Shown: piece after piece, positions 50,730 through 61,438 of the stretch
How positions within the stretch are numbered: position 1 is the first letter of the stretch
How the letters are laid out: every line of letters starts with the position of its first letter
Assembly: GCA_026709505.1 (NCBI GenBank)
Contig: JAPOSW010000080.1
Coordinates: 4,811 to 68,810, forward strand
Length of the DNA stretch: 64,000 nucleotides
Direction of reading: 5' to 3'
Source: Gammaproteobacteria bacterium
GTDB lineage: Bacteria; Pseudomonadota; Gammaproteobacteria; Arenicellales; Poriferihabitantaceae
Program-made: the position numbers and the translations under genes
The notes under the pieces: generated by a model
Told to the model about the DNA's origin: nothing
Databases searched by the model: none
The model's input: only the letters and a program-made list of their open reading frames with translations

Positions 50730-53700
50730 CTATCCGACCCAATCTCTGGAATTTTGAAACAGCTTTATCCAGGGACTGTATTTTCCCCAGTGACCTGGAT
50801 GCCATGGATTCGAGCTGGTTAGAAAAACCCGCTCCGGATGCGGCATCAAGATAGTGAAACGCCCATCTTGCGTGGTGAATCCTGTTGCCCCAGCCGGCGA
50901 GCCATTGGGGTTCAGGGGATAACGCTCGGTTGCGCACCCCCGGCTGTCAACAAACCTCATGCATACCTGATCTCGCTCTTCAAGCATGGTTTTGTCGTCA
51001 GTGCTCCGGTACTTGACCCTGCCCTCGCCGTGAGATGTCGGAATCGGAATCATGGATCCTTTCATGCCAGTTGTCAGAATTGACGTCTCAGAGACAATCT
51101 CAGCCATAACGAAGCGCGCTTCATATTGTTCGGAAGTATTTCTCATGAAATCCGGCCAATGCTCTGCACCCGGAATAATCTCCTGGATGCAGGACAACAT
51201 CTGGCATCCGTTGCACACCCCTAGTCCAAATGTGTCAGGTCTTGAAAAGAACGCTGCAAATTCCTCCTTGAGCATGTCGTTGTACAAAATTGACTTGCCC
51301 CATCCCGCGCCCGCGCCGAGCACATCTCCAAATGAAAATCCGCCACAGGCGGCCAGGCCCTTGAATTCTTCAAGCTTGACGCCCCCCAGAATATCAGTCA
51401 TGGCTACATCTTGCGGCATAAAGCCGACTGCTTCGAATGCCGCAGCCATCTCGAGATGGCCATTAACGCCCTGCTCTCGCAAAATCGCAATTCTGGGTTT
51501 TTGAAGATTCAGGCTTGCAGCGTGGAAGTGTTCAGAATCGCATTCAAATGTCAGATCGCAGAACAAGCCTGAATCTCGCTGATCCGTTATCCTGAGATAT
51601 TCCTGATCGGCACAAAAGGGATTGTCGCGCAATCTCTGCATCTGCCAGGAAGTGCTTGACCAGGCTTGCTGGCAAACACTTCGTGATTGCGACAACAGTA
51701 ATTTGTCGCCAGCATATATGTCCAGACGATCATCGGAATTTATGGTGCCGATTTCCATAACCTGATCTTCAATTTCAAATAAACATGACCGATCATTGAT
51801 TTCTGGCAATGCGTTGCGTTTGACTTGAATTACGGCTCCAAGCTCCTCGTTGAACAGAAAGTTCGCATGATCAGCCTGCGTGTGCGTGTCTTTCAGAGAG
51901 AGCGAAATCCCGCAACGACTCGCAAACATCATCTCACAGGCAGTCGTAATCAACCCACCGTCTGATCGATCATGATAAGCCAGTACAAGTTGATCCTCGA
52001 GAAGCGATTGGACAAACCCAAAAAACTTCCGCAATAATTCAGGATTATCGAGGTCTGGCACTTCCCCGCCCAGCTGTCTTGAAGTCTCGGCCAGAATGCT
52101 TCCTCCAAGACGATTTTTCCCGCATCCCAGATCAATCAGTAAAATCACCGTGCCTGAATCGTCTTTCGTCAATTCAGGGGTGAGAGTCAAAGCAACATCC
52201 CGGACTTGTGCAAACCCGCTCGCAATCAGCGACAGGGGGGCGATTACCTTGTTTTCCACTTTTCCGGAACCCTGCCAAACGGTTCGCATGGACATCGAAT
52301 CCTTGCCTACTGGAATTGAAATTCCAAGTGGCATGCAAATATCCTGTGTAACTGTTCTGACGGTCTTGTACAAGTCCGCATCGTGTCCGGCTTCACCGGC
52401 CGCAGCCATCCAGTTAGCAGAGAACCGGATTTTTTCGATATGACCAATATCTGCCGCAGCCAGATTCGTGATCGCTTCACCGATCGCCATTCGACCACTC
52501 GCCGGGGCGTTTACTACAGCCAATGGGGTGCGCTCTCCAATGCCAATGGCCTGACCGGTCTTCGAGTGATAGCCGGATGCTGCAATGCCCACATCCGCGA
52601 CCGGAACTTGCCAGGGGCCAACCATCTGATCCCGTGCTATGAGTCCGGTCACAGTCCGGTCGCCGATCGTGATCAGAAAGGTCTTGTCTGCAACTGTTGG
52701 ATGACTGAGCACCTGGTCCAGCAAGACTTCGAGCGGCTTCAGCCCATTCACGGGATTCTCGGATATCAAGCTATTGCTCTCTGCCTCTCTTGACAAACGC
52801 GGCACAAAGTCAAAAATCGCGCTCATCGGCAGATCAACCGGATTCGGCCCGCTTTCAAACATTGAATCGGATACCACCAGCTGCCGATCTGCTGTCGCTT
52901 CGCCGACAACCGCATACGGACATCGCTCTCTCCGGCAGAATGCCGCAAATTGATCGAGCCTGCCCTGTTCAATCGCCAGTACATACCTCTCCTGGGATTC
53001 ATTGCACCAGATCTGCATCGGTGACATTGATGGCTCGTCACTGGGAATATTCCTGAGATCGAACATCCCCCCGCACCGGGAATCCTGGAGAAGTTCCGGC
53101 AAGGCATTGCACAACCCCCCTGCCCCTACATCGTGAATGGCAAGAATCGGGGTCTCAGACCCCAGGTCACAGCATGCATTGATGACTTCCTGGCACCGTC
53201 TCTGCATTTCTGCATTTTCCCGCTGTACTGATGCCCAGTCCAGGTCTTCATTTCCCCTCTCAGAAGCTGCGCTTGAAGCCGAACCGCCCCCAAGCCCTAT
53301 CAACATTCCCGGACCACCCAAAACCACGATGGGGGAATGAGCCGGGATTTGCCGTTTTTGAATCGACTCCGGTCGGATTCCACCCACGCCGCCTGCCAGC
53401 ATGATCGGCTTGTGATAACCGTAGCGCACATGTTCGTTGGCGGTTTCGGACTCAAAAACCCGAAAATAGCCAGTAATGCAGGGACGACCGAATTCATTGT
53501 TGTATGCTGCGGCGCCCACGGGTGCCTCAAGCATGATCTGCAGGGAACTGGCTATTCGACCGGGACGGTTTTCCGGAATTTCCCATGCACGGGGCATTTG
53601 CGGCAAGCGCAGTTGAGATACTGAAAAACCAGTCAGGCCGGCTCGCGGGCGGCCGCCCCTGCCGGTAGCTGCCTCATCTCGAATTTCACCTCCCGAACCC

Positions 53701-54647
53701 GTTGCAGCACCCGGATAAGGCGATATCGATACCGGGTGATTATGTGTTTCAACCTTGACCGTGAAATGCTGTAATTCCTCAACATGTTCATAAATGCGGT
53801 CGGGGTTTGCCGAAAGTCGTTCTATGCGGTCGCCCTCAATGACTGCCGCATTGTCGGAGTATGCGGAAAGTGTTCCGGCGGCATTCGCCGCATGGGTCTG
53901 CCTGATCATTTCATACAGGGTGAACTCCATGGCCTGACCGTCAATCTGCCAGCTTGAGTTGAATATCTTGTGGCGGCAATGCTCTGAGTTCACCTGTGCG
54001 AACATCATCAATTCAGCATCCGTTGGATTTCTGGCCAGCTTGCTGTACAGATCATACAGATAATCCAGCTCGATCGAATTCAGCGAGAATCCGAATTTCC
54101 GATTGGCCTTGCTCAACGCCTCCCGCCCTCCACCCAACAGGTCAACCATTGAAAGCGGGGGCGGAACCGTACATGCAAAGAGAGATTCGATCCCGTTTGC
54201 TGGATCAAGCAGGGATTGGGTCATGGGATCGTAGACGATCTCCTTCAGCGATTGCTGTACGGGCATGGACTGACTGGAATCAACACCAGTCAATTTCCAG
54301 CAGGTTCCTCTTTCTATCCGTTTGACGGGGTGCAATCCACAAAGCCGAAAGATATCGGTTGCCTTGCTTGACCAGGAGGAGATTGTGCCGACCCTCGGCA
54401 CGACCAGAAAGTCCATCTGATCGTTCGCTGAATCAGCCAGCTCGGCATTCAGCTCGGGATTTTCGATCCCAAGCAATGCGCTAATTATTTCCAGCTGACG
54501 TGGATTGGGTTCTTCCTCAATATCCAGAAAGTACACGTAGTGAACTTGAATTTCTTCACAGTGTCCGAGAGATTCCCTGATTTTCCGGACAAGGCTGTTC
54601 AGACGAAACTCGGAGAGAGCCTTGCCTCCGAGGAGCCACGAAATCAT
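50730..54647 (-). CDS. purL: phosphoribosylformylglycinamidine synthase (single-chain large PurL)
   Basis: 1305-aa uninterrupted ORF containing the FGAM synthase domains and a C-terminal GATase (..GVCNGCQM..). Confidence 0.97.
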   Translation of the reverse strand: MISWLLGGKALSEFRLNSLVRKIRESLGHCEEIQVHYVYFLDIEEEPNPRQLEIISALLGIENPELNAELADSANDQMDFLVVPRVGTISSWSSKATDIFRLCGLHPVKRIERGTCWKLTGVDSSQSMPVQQSLKEIVYDPMTQSLLDPANGIESLFACTVPPPLSMVDLLGGGREALSKANRKFGFSLNSIELDYLYDLYSKLARNPTDAELMMFAQVNSEHCRHKIFNSSWQIDGQAMEFTLYEMIRQTHAANAAGTLSAYSDNAAVIEGDRIERLSANPDRIYEHVEELQHFTVKVETHNHPVSISPYPGAATGSGGEIRDEAATGRGGRPRAGLTGFSVSQLRLPQMPRAWEIPENRPGRIASSLQIMLEAPVGAAAYNNEFGRPCITGYFRVFESETANEHVRYGYHKPIMLAGGVGGIRPESIQKRQIPAHSPIVVLGGPGMLIGLGGGSASSAASERGNEDLDWASVQRENAEMQRRCQEVINACCDLGSETPILAIHDVGAGGLCNALPELLQDSRCGGMFDLRNIPSDEPSMSPMQIWCNESQERYVLAIEQGRLDQFAAFCRRERCPYAVVGEATADRQLVVSDSMFESGPNPVDLPMSAIFDFVPRLSREAESNSLISENPVNGLKPLEVLLDQVLSHPTVADKTFLITIGDRTVTGLIARDQMVGPWQVPVADVGIAASGYHSKTGQAIGIGERTPLAVVNAPASGRMAIGEAITNLAAADIGHIEKIRFSANWMAAAGEAGHDADLYKTVRTVTQDICMPLGISIPVGKDSMSMRTVWQGSGKVENKVIAPLSLIASGFAQVRDVALTLTPELTKDDSGTVILLIDLGCGKNRLGGSILAETSRQLGGEVPDLDNPELLRKFFGFVQSLLEDQLVLAYHDRSDGGLITTACEMMFASRCGISLSLKDTHTQADHANFLFNEELGAVIQVKRNALPEINDRSCLFEIEDQVMEIGTINSDDRLDIYAGDKLLLSQSRSVCQQAWSSTSWQMQRLRDNPFCADQEYLRITDQRDSGLFCDLTFECDSEHFHAASLNLQKPRIAILREQGVNGHLEMAAAFEAVGFMPQDVAMTDILGGVKLEEFKGLAACGGFSFGDVLGAGAGWGKSILYNDMLKEEFAAFFSRPDTFGLGVCNGCQMLSCIQEIIPGAEHWPDFMRNTSEQYEARFVMAEIVSETSILTTGMKGSMIPIPTSHGEGRVKYRSTDDKTMLEERDQVCMRFVDSRGCATERYPLNPNGSPAGATGFTTQDGRFTILMPHPERVFLTSSNPWHPGHWGKYSPWIKLFQNSRDWVG

Positions 54648-54669
54648 TTGGGAAGATACAGGATGCTGT

Positions 54670-55545
54670 TCAAGTCATTTCTGCAGCTTGCATCGCGTTT
54701 CGCACTTGATCAAAATAAACATCAGACAGCGGAACCAATGGCAAACGAATTCCGCCAGCGATTTTTTCCATTTGCTGCAGGGCCCATTTCGATGGAATGG
54801 GATTGGCTTCAACAAACAGTGATTCATGCAATGGGTCAAGCTGGGCATTCAGCTTCTCAGCCGCCTCCATGTCTCCATCCAGTGCAGCCCTGCACATCGA
54901 GCTCATTTTGGCAGGAGCTACGTTTGCGGTCACTGAGATGCACCCGTCGCCTCCCGCCTTCATCAGGGCCAGAGCCGTATCATCATTGCCGGAATAGACC
55001 GCAAACTGCTCTCCGCAACGCTTCTTGAGGTCGGCAACGCGGGGAATATCCGAAGTCGCATCCTTGATGCCAATGATATTCGGAAGCTCAGCCAGTTCGA
55101 CTACTGTATCATTGACCATGTCGAGAGATGTTCGACTCGGGACATTGTAGAGGATTTGCGGTATATCCACCTGCTTGGCAATGCAGGAGAAATGCTTGAC
55201 CAACCCATGCTGGGGCGGTTTGTTGTAGTAAGGCACTACCAGCAGGCAGGCCTCCACTCCACAATCGGCGGCACGCTCGGTCAACTCCAGGGCTTCCGCC
55301 GTCGAATTTGCCCCAGTGCCGGCGATGACCGGTATTCGCCCGGATGCATATTCAACGGTTTTGCCTATCACTTCAATCTGCTCGTCAGCAGTCAGGGTGG
55401 CCGATTCCCCTGTGGTCCCGACCGAGATAATGGCCTGAGTTCCGCTTTCAACATGAAAATCGACCAGACTGGCCAGACTTTCAAAATCGATTGAACCATC
55501 GCTATGCATGGGCGTGACCAGTGCAACAAGACTTCCTCTTAGCAT
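54670..55545 (-). CDS. dapA: 4-hydroxy-tetrahydrodipicolinate synthase
   Basis: Started at ATG 55545 (GGAAGGAAAA upstream), giving 291 aa: [13 protein letters not shown]...GTTGES.TL. Confidence 0.93.
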   Translation of the reverse strand: MLRGSLVALVTPMHSDGSIDFESLASLVDFHVESGTQAIISVGTTGESATLTADEQIEVIGKTVEYASGRIPVIAGTGANSTAEALELTERAADCGVEACLLVVPYYNKPPQHGLVKHFSCIAKQVDIPQILYNVPSRTSLDMVNDTVVELAELPNIIGIKDATSDIPRVADLKKRCGEQFAVYSGNDDTALALMKAGGDGCISVTANVAPAKMSSMCRAALDGDMEAAEKLNAQLDPLHESLFVEANPIPSKWALQQMEKIAGGIRLPLVPLSDVYFDQVRNAMQAAEMT

Positions 55546-55806
55546 TTTTCCTTCCGATAACGAGTACATTGTCAAAACGGAAATGGTACACCATTTCAAA
55601 TTCTGGAACACGGTTTTTGCCGAATACATCACAAGACTGACGGAGTAAGGCAGACGGACTCCATCTGACAGAAATCTCTAGCGCATTGAATCGCGTTATA
55701 ATTCGACATGGGCAGGCTGGGTTATTTCAAAAATACCGCCTGACACTTCATGATTGGATTTTTCCGGGTTTGGGAACGCCCTCACTATTCAAATGAAAAT
55801 ACAACA

Positions 55807-56547
55807 ATGCTAAACATCGGATTGCTTCTCTGTGATGATGTTGATCCAGATGCTCAGGAGCAATACGGCAATTACAGCGACATGTTCCAAATCGGCATCG
55901 ACCCGGATCGTTCGTCGATCAACCTGATGCCGATTCGCTGTTTTGAAGGAGAGCCTTTTCCTGAAAAGCCCGTTGATTTTGCGGGCTATGTGATTTCCGG
56001 CTCAAAGCATGGCGTCTACGATGACCTTCCATGGATAGACGATCTGCTGCAATTCATTCGCGATTGCTGGGATTCAAGAACACGCATGATTGGCGTCTGC
56101 TTTGGTCACCAGGCCATTGCTCATGCACTTGGCGGGCGTACGGAAAAATCGGATTCCGGATGGGGGTTTGGCATTCAACCCGCAAGCGTGATGGATCGTC
56201 AGGCGTGGATGACAGACTATGAGGCGCTTGACGATGATGATTACAATCTTGTGGTGATTCATCAAGACCAGATAGTCAAAATGCCGCCGATGTTCAGGAC
56301 CATCGCCACCAGCCGCTTCTGTTCAAACAGCATGATCGCTGCCGGTACAACGATGCTGGGGATTCAGGGACATCCGGAATTTTCGGCGGATTACTGCAGG
56401 TTTCGCGCAGATTACCGATATGAGAACAAGTTGATCGATAGCGATGTTTATCAAGCGGCAGTGCGATCCCTCGCGGAACATTCTCTGCACTCAGGAATCA
56501 TTCTGAAGTGGATGAGGAAATTCCTGCTGCTTCCGCAAGCGCAATGA
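55807..56547 (+). CDS. class I glutamine amidotransferase-like protein
   Basis: 246 aa from the internal ATG with GVCFGHQ (nucleophile elbow) and ..GIQGHPEF... Confidence 0.7.
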   Translation: MLNIGLLLCDDVDPDAQEQYGNYSDMFQIGIDPDRSSINLMPIRCFEGEPFPEKPVDFAGYVISGSKHGVYDDLPWIDDLLQFIRDCWDSRTRMIGVCFGHQAIAHALGGRTEKSDSGWGFGIQPASVMDRQAWMTDYEALDDDDYNLVVIHQDQIVKMPPMFRTIATSRFCSNSMIAAGTTMLGIQGHPEFSADYCRFRADYRYENKLIDSDVYQAAVRSLAEHSLHSGIILKWMRKFLLLPQAQ

Positions 56548-56651
56548 ATCCATGTTTGAAACCTGCCCGGAAAATGGCTTAGCATTGCCTTTGTTGTCTA
56601 TCATTAAATTTCCACGCTCCCAGAACAACGTGATCCCGGAGAAACAGTAAC

Positions 56652-57443
56652 ATGATTGTGAAACAGATTTGGACCGGCAATGCCTATCGAAACTTCAACT
56701 ACGTGATCGCCTGCGAAGAGACTGGGGAGGCGCTGGCAATTGATCCACTGGATCATGAAAAATGCCTTGGTCTTGCCCGTCAGGAAGGATGGCACATTAC
56801 CCAGATTCTGAATACGCATGAACATGATGATCATACAGGCGGAAATCGACCCGTCATGGAAGCAACCGGAGCCAGGGTTCTGGCTCACCATGCGGCCGGT
56901 GCATCCATTCCGGAAATGAGCGTCGGCCTGTCTGCAGGCGATGTTGTCAAAGTCGGAAAAACCGTTGAACTTGAAGCACTGGATACACCCGGGCACACCA
57001 TGAGTCATGTGTGCTTGCTCTCGCACACCGAGACTCCGGGGCTGTTTTGCGGCGATACGCTTTTCAATGCCGGAGCAGGCAACTGCCACAATGGCGGCCA
57101 TCCTGCTGAGCTGTATGAAACATTCGTTGGGCAATTGATGAAACTGCCCGATGAAACCCTGATTTATCCGGGGCACGACTATCTTCACAATAATCTGCAA
57201 TTCACCCTTGACCGGGAACCCAGCAACGCCAACGCGCAAAGCCTTCTGGACGACACCTTTGATCAGGACCCGGCAGAGGCGATGATTACCTCTCTTTCTC
57301 TTGAAAAAGAAGTCAACATCTTTTTCCGGCTGGGCAACCCGGAAGTGATTGAACAGCTATCCCTGAAATTTCCGGAAATCGGAACCAAGCCCGACCCGAA
57401 GACCGTATTTCTGAAGTTACGGGAGCTGAGAAACAGCTGGTAG
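56652..57443 (+). CDS. gloB: hydroxyacylglutathione hydrolase (MBL fold)
   Basis: 263 aa with NTHEHDDHTGGN (HxHxDH) and ..TPGHT..H.... Confidence 0.85.
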   Translation: MIVKQIWTGNAYRNFNYVIACEETGEALAIDPLDHEKCLGLARQEGWHITQILNTHEHDDHTGGNRPVMEATGARVLAHHAAGASIPEMSVGLSAGDVVKVGKTVELEALDTPGHTMSHVCLLSHTETPGLFCGDTLFNAGAGNCHNGGHPAELYETFVGQLMKLPDETLIYPGHDYLHNNLQFTLDREPSNANAQSLLDDTFDQDPAEAMITSLSLEKEVNIFFRLGNPEVIEQLSLKFPEIGTKPDPKTVFLKLRELRNSW

Positions 57444-57453
57444 GAACGGGGTC

Positions 57454-57909
57454 TCAACTGCGACCGGTGGATCCAAACCCCCCATCGCCCCGCTCCGATG
57501 AGGCAAACTCGTCGACGACCTGAAAATCGGCGTGAATGACCGGAACCAGTACCATCTGCGCTATCCGGTCACCGGGCTTGATGGTAAACCGCCGGGTTGA
57601 GCGATTCCAGCATGACACGAACAGTTGTCCCTGGTAGTCCGAATCGATCAGACCCACCAGATTGCCAAGGACGATGCCGTGCTTGTGACCCAATCCTGAG
57701 CGTGGCACCAGTACCGCTGCCACTTCAGGGTCACTGACATGAATCGCTATTCCGGTTGGAATCAATTCAGATTGTCCGGGCCCAAGTTCCAGTGGACCGT
57801 CAATGCAAGCCCTGAGATCAACTCCTGCAGAACCCTGGGTTGCATAGGTCGGCAGCCCGAATTCGGAGCGGATTCTGGGATCCAGAATCTTGACTTCAAT
57901 TTTCTTCAC
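57454..57909 (-). CDS. dut: dUTP diphosphatase
   Basis: 151 aa with ..GSAGVDLRA.., ..RSGLG.KHG.., and a C-terminal ..[10 protein letters not shown]. Confidence 0.95.
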   Translation of the reverse strand: MKKIEVKILDPRIRSEFGLPTYATQGSAGVDLRACIDGPLELGPGQSELIPTGIAIHVSDPEVAAVLVPRSGLGHKHGIVLGNLVGLIDSDYQGQLFVSCWNRSTRRFTIKPGDRIAQMVLVPVIHADFQVVDEFASSERGDGGFGSTGRS

Positions 57910-57943
57910 AATAGCAAATCACCAGCTTCTGACTGCCGGATGA

Positions 57944-59152
57944 TCAACCTCTGCTGATCCTTGTTTTCTTCCACAGAGAGGCGGCTATCTCCAGGATTGT
58001 TACCGACAACCCGTATTTGTCATTGCGACCGATCGGCATGGATTCATCGCATGTGTGTACGGTAACCTCATTGTAGTCATTGCCAAATGCACCCTCTTTG
58101 CCAGCTACATTGTTGGCAACAATCATATTGATTTTTTTGCTGGCGAGTTTTGCTTTTGCATTTTGGTCAATGCATTCGGTTTCTGCCGCAAACCCGACAG
58201 TGAATGGCGGATTTTCCAGTTCAGCGACCGATCTCAGAATATCAGGGGTTCTGGCCAGCTTGAGCTGCATGAACTCCGCGTCTTTCTTGATCTTGTTCTC
58301 TGCACTCATGACAGGGCGATAGTCACTCACAGCGGCAACGCCGATGAACATGTCGGCAGTACTGACATGCTCCTGAACCGCATCAAGCATGTCCTGAGCA
58401 GACATCACATCAATACGCTCGACGCCTGAAGGAGTCTCTAGCCCAACCGGTCCGGTGATCAGGGCGACTTCGGCACCAAAGTCTCTCGCTGCCTCGGCAA
58501 GCGCAAATCCCATTTTTCCCGAGCTTCGGTTGGTAATTCCGCGTACGGGATCAATCGCTTCCCACGTCGGCCCGGCAGTCAGCATGATACGCACACCGGC
58601 GAGCAATTTTGGCGCACCATCACCCAGCAGTTCCTGAGCGACATCATCCGGTTCGCTCATGCGGCCAAGACCCACTTCCCCACAAGCCTGGCCGCCTTCA
58701 GCCGGTCCAATGATGCGCACCCCTCGCCGCTTGAGCACCTCAAGATTGACCCGGGTGGCCGGATTCTGCCACATTTGTCGATTCATGGCAGGGGCCACGG
58801 CAATTTCGGCTTCCGAAGCCAGAATCAACGTGGTTAACAAATCATCGGCCTTTCCGCTCGCCATGCTGGCAATAAAATTGGCTGTTCCGGGGGCAATCAC
58901 AATGATCTCGGCCCATCGTGCAAGTTCGATATGCCCCATTCCTGACTCCGCTTCAGCATCAAGCAGACATTGATGCACAGGATGACCACTGACCGCCTGA
59001 AGGGTCAGAGGCGTAATGAACTCGCATGCCGCCTCGGTCATCACTACCCGCACATCGCCTCCTCTGTCAATCAATCGACGTACCAGATCCGGTGATTTGT
59101 AGGCCGCAATGCCGCCCGTTATTCCAACTAGAACTCGCCTGTTTCTACGCAT
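57944..59152 (-). CDS. coaBC: bifunctional phosphopantothenoylcysteine decarboxylase / synthetase
   Basis: 402 aa with an N-terminal flavoprotein domain (GITGGIAAYK) and a C-terminal CoaB domain (..ITNRSSGKMG..). Confidence 0.95.
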   Translation of the reverse strand: MRRNRRVLVGITGGIAAYKSPDLVRRLIDRGGDVRVVMTEAACEFITPLTLQAVSGHPVHQCLLDAEAESGMGHIELARWAEIIVIAPGTANFIASMASGKADDLLTTLILASEAEIAVAPAMNRQMWQNPATRVNLEVLKRRGVRIIGPAEGGQACGEVGLGRMSEPDDVAQELLGDGAPKLLAGVRIMLTAGPTWEAIDPVRGITNRSSGKMGFALAEAARDFGAEVALITGPVGLETPSGVERIDVMSAQDMLDAVQEHVSTADMFIGVAAVSDYRPVMSAENKIKKDAEFMQLKLARTPDILRSVAELENPPFTVGFAAETECIDQNAKAKLASKKINMIVANNVAGKEGAFGNDYNEVTVHTCDESMPIGRNDKYGLSVTILEIAASLWKKTRISRG

Positions 59153-59272
59153 CCTGAATATTTGAACAACTGGGCATCCGAGTGTAACTCAATTCAATGG
59201 GGATAGGCTGTCTCTCGTAATTTAATGGATATAATCGCAACTTTGTACTGAAGTTGGTTTGGAAGGTAATTT

Positions 59273-59809
59273 ATGAAATCCAGAGAGCGAAGACAAGGCA
59301 TCACGCTGGTACATACCGGTGAGGGCAAGGGCAAGTCATCAAGTGGTTTTGGGGTGGTTTTTCGAGCCGCAGGCTGGGGACTCGATATCTGTGTCATCCA
59401 GTACATAAAGGGAAAGTGGAAGACTGGCGAACGACAAGCGGCAAGCCGTTTCGACAATATCGAGTGGCATACGCTCGGAGATGGTTTTACCTGGGATACA
59501 CAAAACCCGGAACAGGACATTAAAACCAGTCGCAGCATCTGGGAATTCAGCAAGAAAAAGATTCTTTCTGAAAAATACGATCTGGTAATGCTGGACGAAA
59601 TCAATTACTGCAGTGGCTATGGCTGGATACCCGGCGCCGAGATTGCAGATTTTATTGTTAACGACAAGCCCAAATGGCTGCACTTGATTCTCACCGGCCG
59701 AAACGCCCCGAAAGAAGTCATTGAAGCCGCCGATACCGTTTCCGAGATGACCAAAATCAAACATGCTTTTGAAAAGGGTATCAAGGCTGTCCAGGGCGTC
59801 GAGTTCTGA
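59273..59809 (+). CDS. cobO: cob(I)yrinic acid a,c-diamide adenosyltransferase
   Basis: 178 aa with the HTGEGKGKSS P-loop and ..LDEI......G...... Confidence 0.85.
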   Translation: MKSRERRQGITLVHTGEGKGKSSSGFGVVFRAAGWGLDICVIQYIKGKWKTGERQAASRFDNIEWHTLGDGFTWDTQNPEQDIKTSRSIWEFSKKKILSEKYDLVMLDEINYCSGYGWIPGAEIADFIVNDKPKWLHLILTGRNAPKEVIEAADTVSEMTKIKHAFEKGIKAVQGVEF

Positions 59810-59879
59810 AGGCATCAGATCGAGATCTACCCATTAGTACTCTACCAGCCACCCCTGCTTCGTTGAAAAGGCCCGGTAT

Positions 59880-61136
59880 ATGTCAGTAAAACCGAAACCA
59901 TACTCAATTTTCAGCCTCGCCCGCAATGCTCTCAACTATCATCAGGGCTGGCAGAAAGCCTGGCGCAATGCCGAACCCAAACGCGACTATGAAGTCGTGA
60001 TCGTCGGCGGCGGCGGGCACGGCCTGGCTACTGCCTATTACCTTGCCAAGGAATGCGGCATTCGGGATGTCGCGGTAGTTGAAAAGGGCTGGCTGGGTGG
60101 CGGCAATACCGGGCGCAACACCACCATTGTTCGTTCCAACTACCTGTGGGACGAATCGGCCGGGCTCTATGAACATGCCATGAAGCTCTGGGAAGGACTC
60201 AGCACCGATCTGAACTACAACGTGATGTTCTCGCAAAGGGGATTGCTGCATCTGGCGCATTCTGTGCATGACATGCAGGAAATCGGGCGACGTGGCAACG
60301 CCATCTACCTGAATGGAATCGATTCGGAGTTCGTGACGTCCCAACAGGTGAAAGAGATGGTTCCGTTCATCAACCTGGATTGTCGTTATCCGGTTCATGG
60401 CGCACTCCTTCAAAAGCGCGGCGGCACCGCAAGACATGATGCAGTGGCCTGGGGCTATGCCAGAGCAGCCGACAATCTGGGTGTCGATATCATCCAGAAC
60501 TGTGAGGTGACCGGATTTCAGGTCGAGGACAGCACCGTAAAAGGAGTCGAAACTACGCGCGGCAGAATCGGAGCGAAAAAAGTCGGTTGCGTGGTGGCCG
60601 GACACTGCAGCGTGCTTGCCGAGATGGCTGGTTTCCGGCTTCCCATCGAATCATTTCCGTTGCAGGCACTGGTCTCGGAACCGGTAAAACCGATTATCGA
60701 CTGCGTTGTGATGTCAGGCGCCATTCATGCCTACATCAGCCAATCCGACAAGGGCGAGCTGGTCATCGGTGCAGGCTCCGATGCCTACCTGTCCTATTCC
60801 CAGCGTGGTGGCTTCGACATCATCGAGCATACCGTCGGACCAATAATTGAACTCTATCCCATTTTCTCAAGACTGAAAATGCTCAGGCAATGGGGAGGGG
60901 TTGTCGATGTCACCGTTGACCGATCGCCACTCATCTCAAAAACTCCGGTTAAAAACCTGTTCTTCAATTGCGGCTGGGGGACTGGAGGATTCAAGGCCAC
61001 TCCGGGCTCTGGCCATGTCTTTGCCCACTCGATTAAAACAGGAGACATGCATCCAATCGCAGAACCTTTTTCGATTAACAGGTTCAATACCGGAGCCCTG
61101 ATTGACGAGGGGGCCGCGGCAGCGGTAGCGCACTGA
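59880..61136 (+). CDS. soxB: sarcosine oxidase subunit beta
   Basis: 418 aa with [18 protein letters not shown], followed by the delta and alpha subunits. Confidence 0.9.
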   Translation: MSVKPKPYSIFSLARNALNYHQGWQKAWRNAEPKRDYEVVIVGGGGHGLATAYYLAKECGIRDVAVVEKGWLGGGNTGRNTTIVRSNYLWDESAGLYEHAMKLWEGLSTDLNYNVMFSQRGLLHLAHSVHDMQEIGRRGNAIYLNGIDSEFVTSQQVKEMVPFINLDCRYPVHGALLQKRGGTARHDAVAWGYARAADNLGVDIIQNCEVTGFQVEDSTVKGVETTRGRIGAKKVGCVVAGHCSVLAEMAGFRLPIESFPLQALVSEPVKPIIDCVVMSGAIHAYISQSDKGELVIGAGSDAYLSYSQRGGFDIIEHTVGPIIELYPIFSRLKMLRQWGGVVDVTVDRSPLISKTPVKNLFFNCGWGTGGFKATPGSGHVFAHSIKTGDMHPIAEPFSINRFNTGALIDEGAAAAVAH

Positions 61137-61438
61137 TGTTGTTGATCAAGTGCCCATGGTGCGGCTATCGCGACCAGAGCGAATTCTCCGCTCAGGGCGA
61201 AGCACATATCGCACGTCCCGTAAACCCGCACGAGCTGAGCGAGGAACAGTGGGGCGATTACCTGTTCTTTCGCAAGAACCCAAAAGGCGTCCATTACGAA
61301 CGCTGGGTTCATTCCCATGGCTGTCGACGCTGGTTTAACGTGATTCGCAACACCGCAACCGATCATATTCATGCCACATACCGCCCGGACGAACCCGTAC
61401 CCGAATTTTCTGATGAAGAAACAGATCAACCGGCTTGA
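61136..61438 (+). CDS. soxD: sarcosine oxidase subunit delta
   Basis: 100 aa with [16 protein letters not shown]...GEAH..RP and ..W.H..GCRRWFN..R.T. Confidence 0.85.
   Translation: MLLIKCPWCGYRDQSEFSAQGEAHIARPVNPHELSEEQWGDYLFFRKNPKGVHYERWVHSHGCRRWFNVIRNTATDHIHATYRPDEPVPEFSDEETDQPA

Noticed and set aside
56604-57239. 211-aa minus-strand ORF antisense to gloB. Similar antisense ORFs occur at 59904-60605 and 60854-61489 (over soxB/soxD), 49831-50367 and 50434-50937 (over ETF-QO), and 11715-12230 (over the MttB gene).
   Set aside because: Each is fully contained in, or antisense to, a gene with strong family signatures. None has recognisable motifs of its own.
59153-59272. Possible cobalamin riboswitch upstream of cobO, and likewise upstream of the MttB gene.
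   Set aside because: The interval is only ~120 nt, and I could not find a B12 box (..GCCACUG..) or the conserved core in either region.
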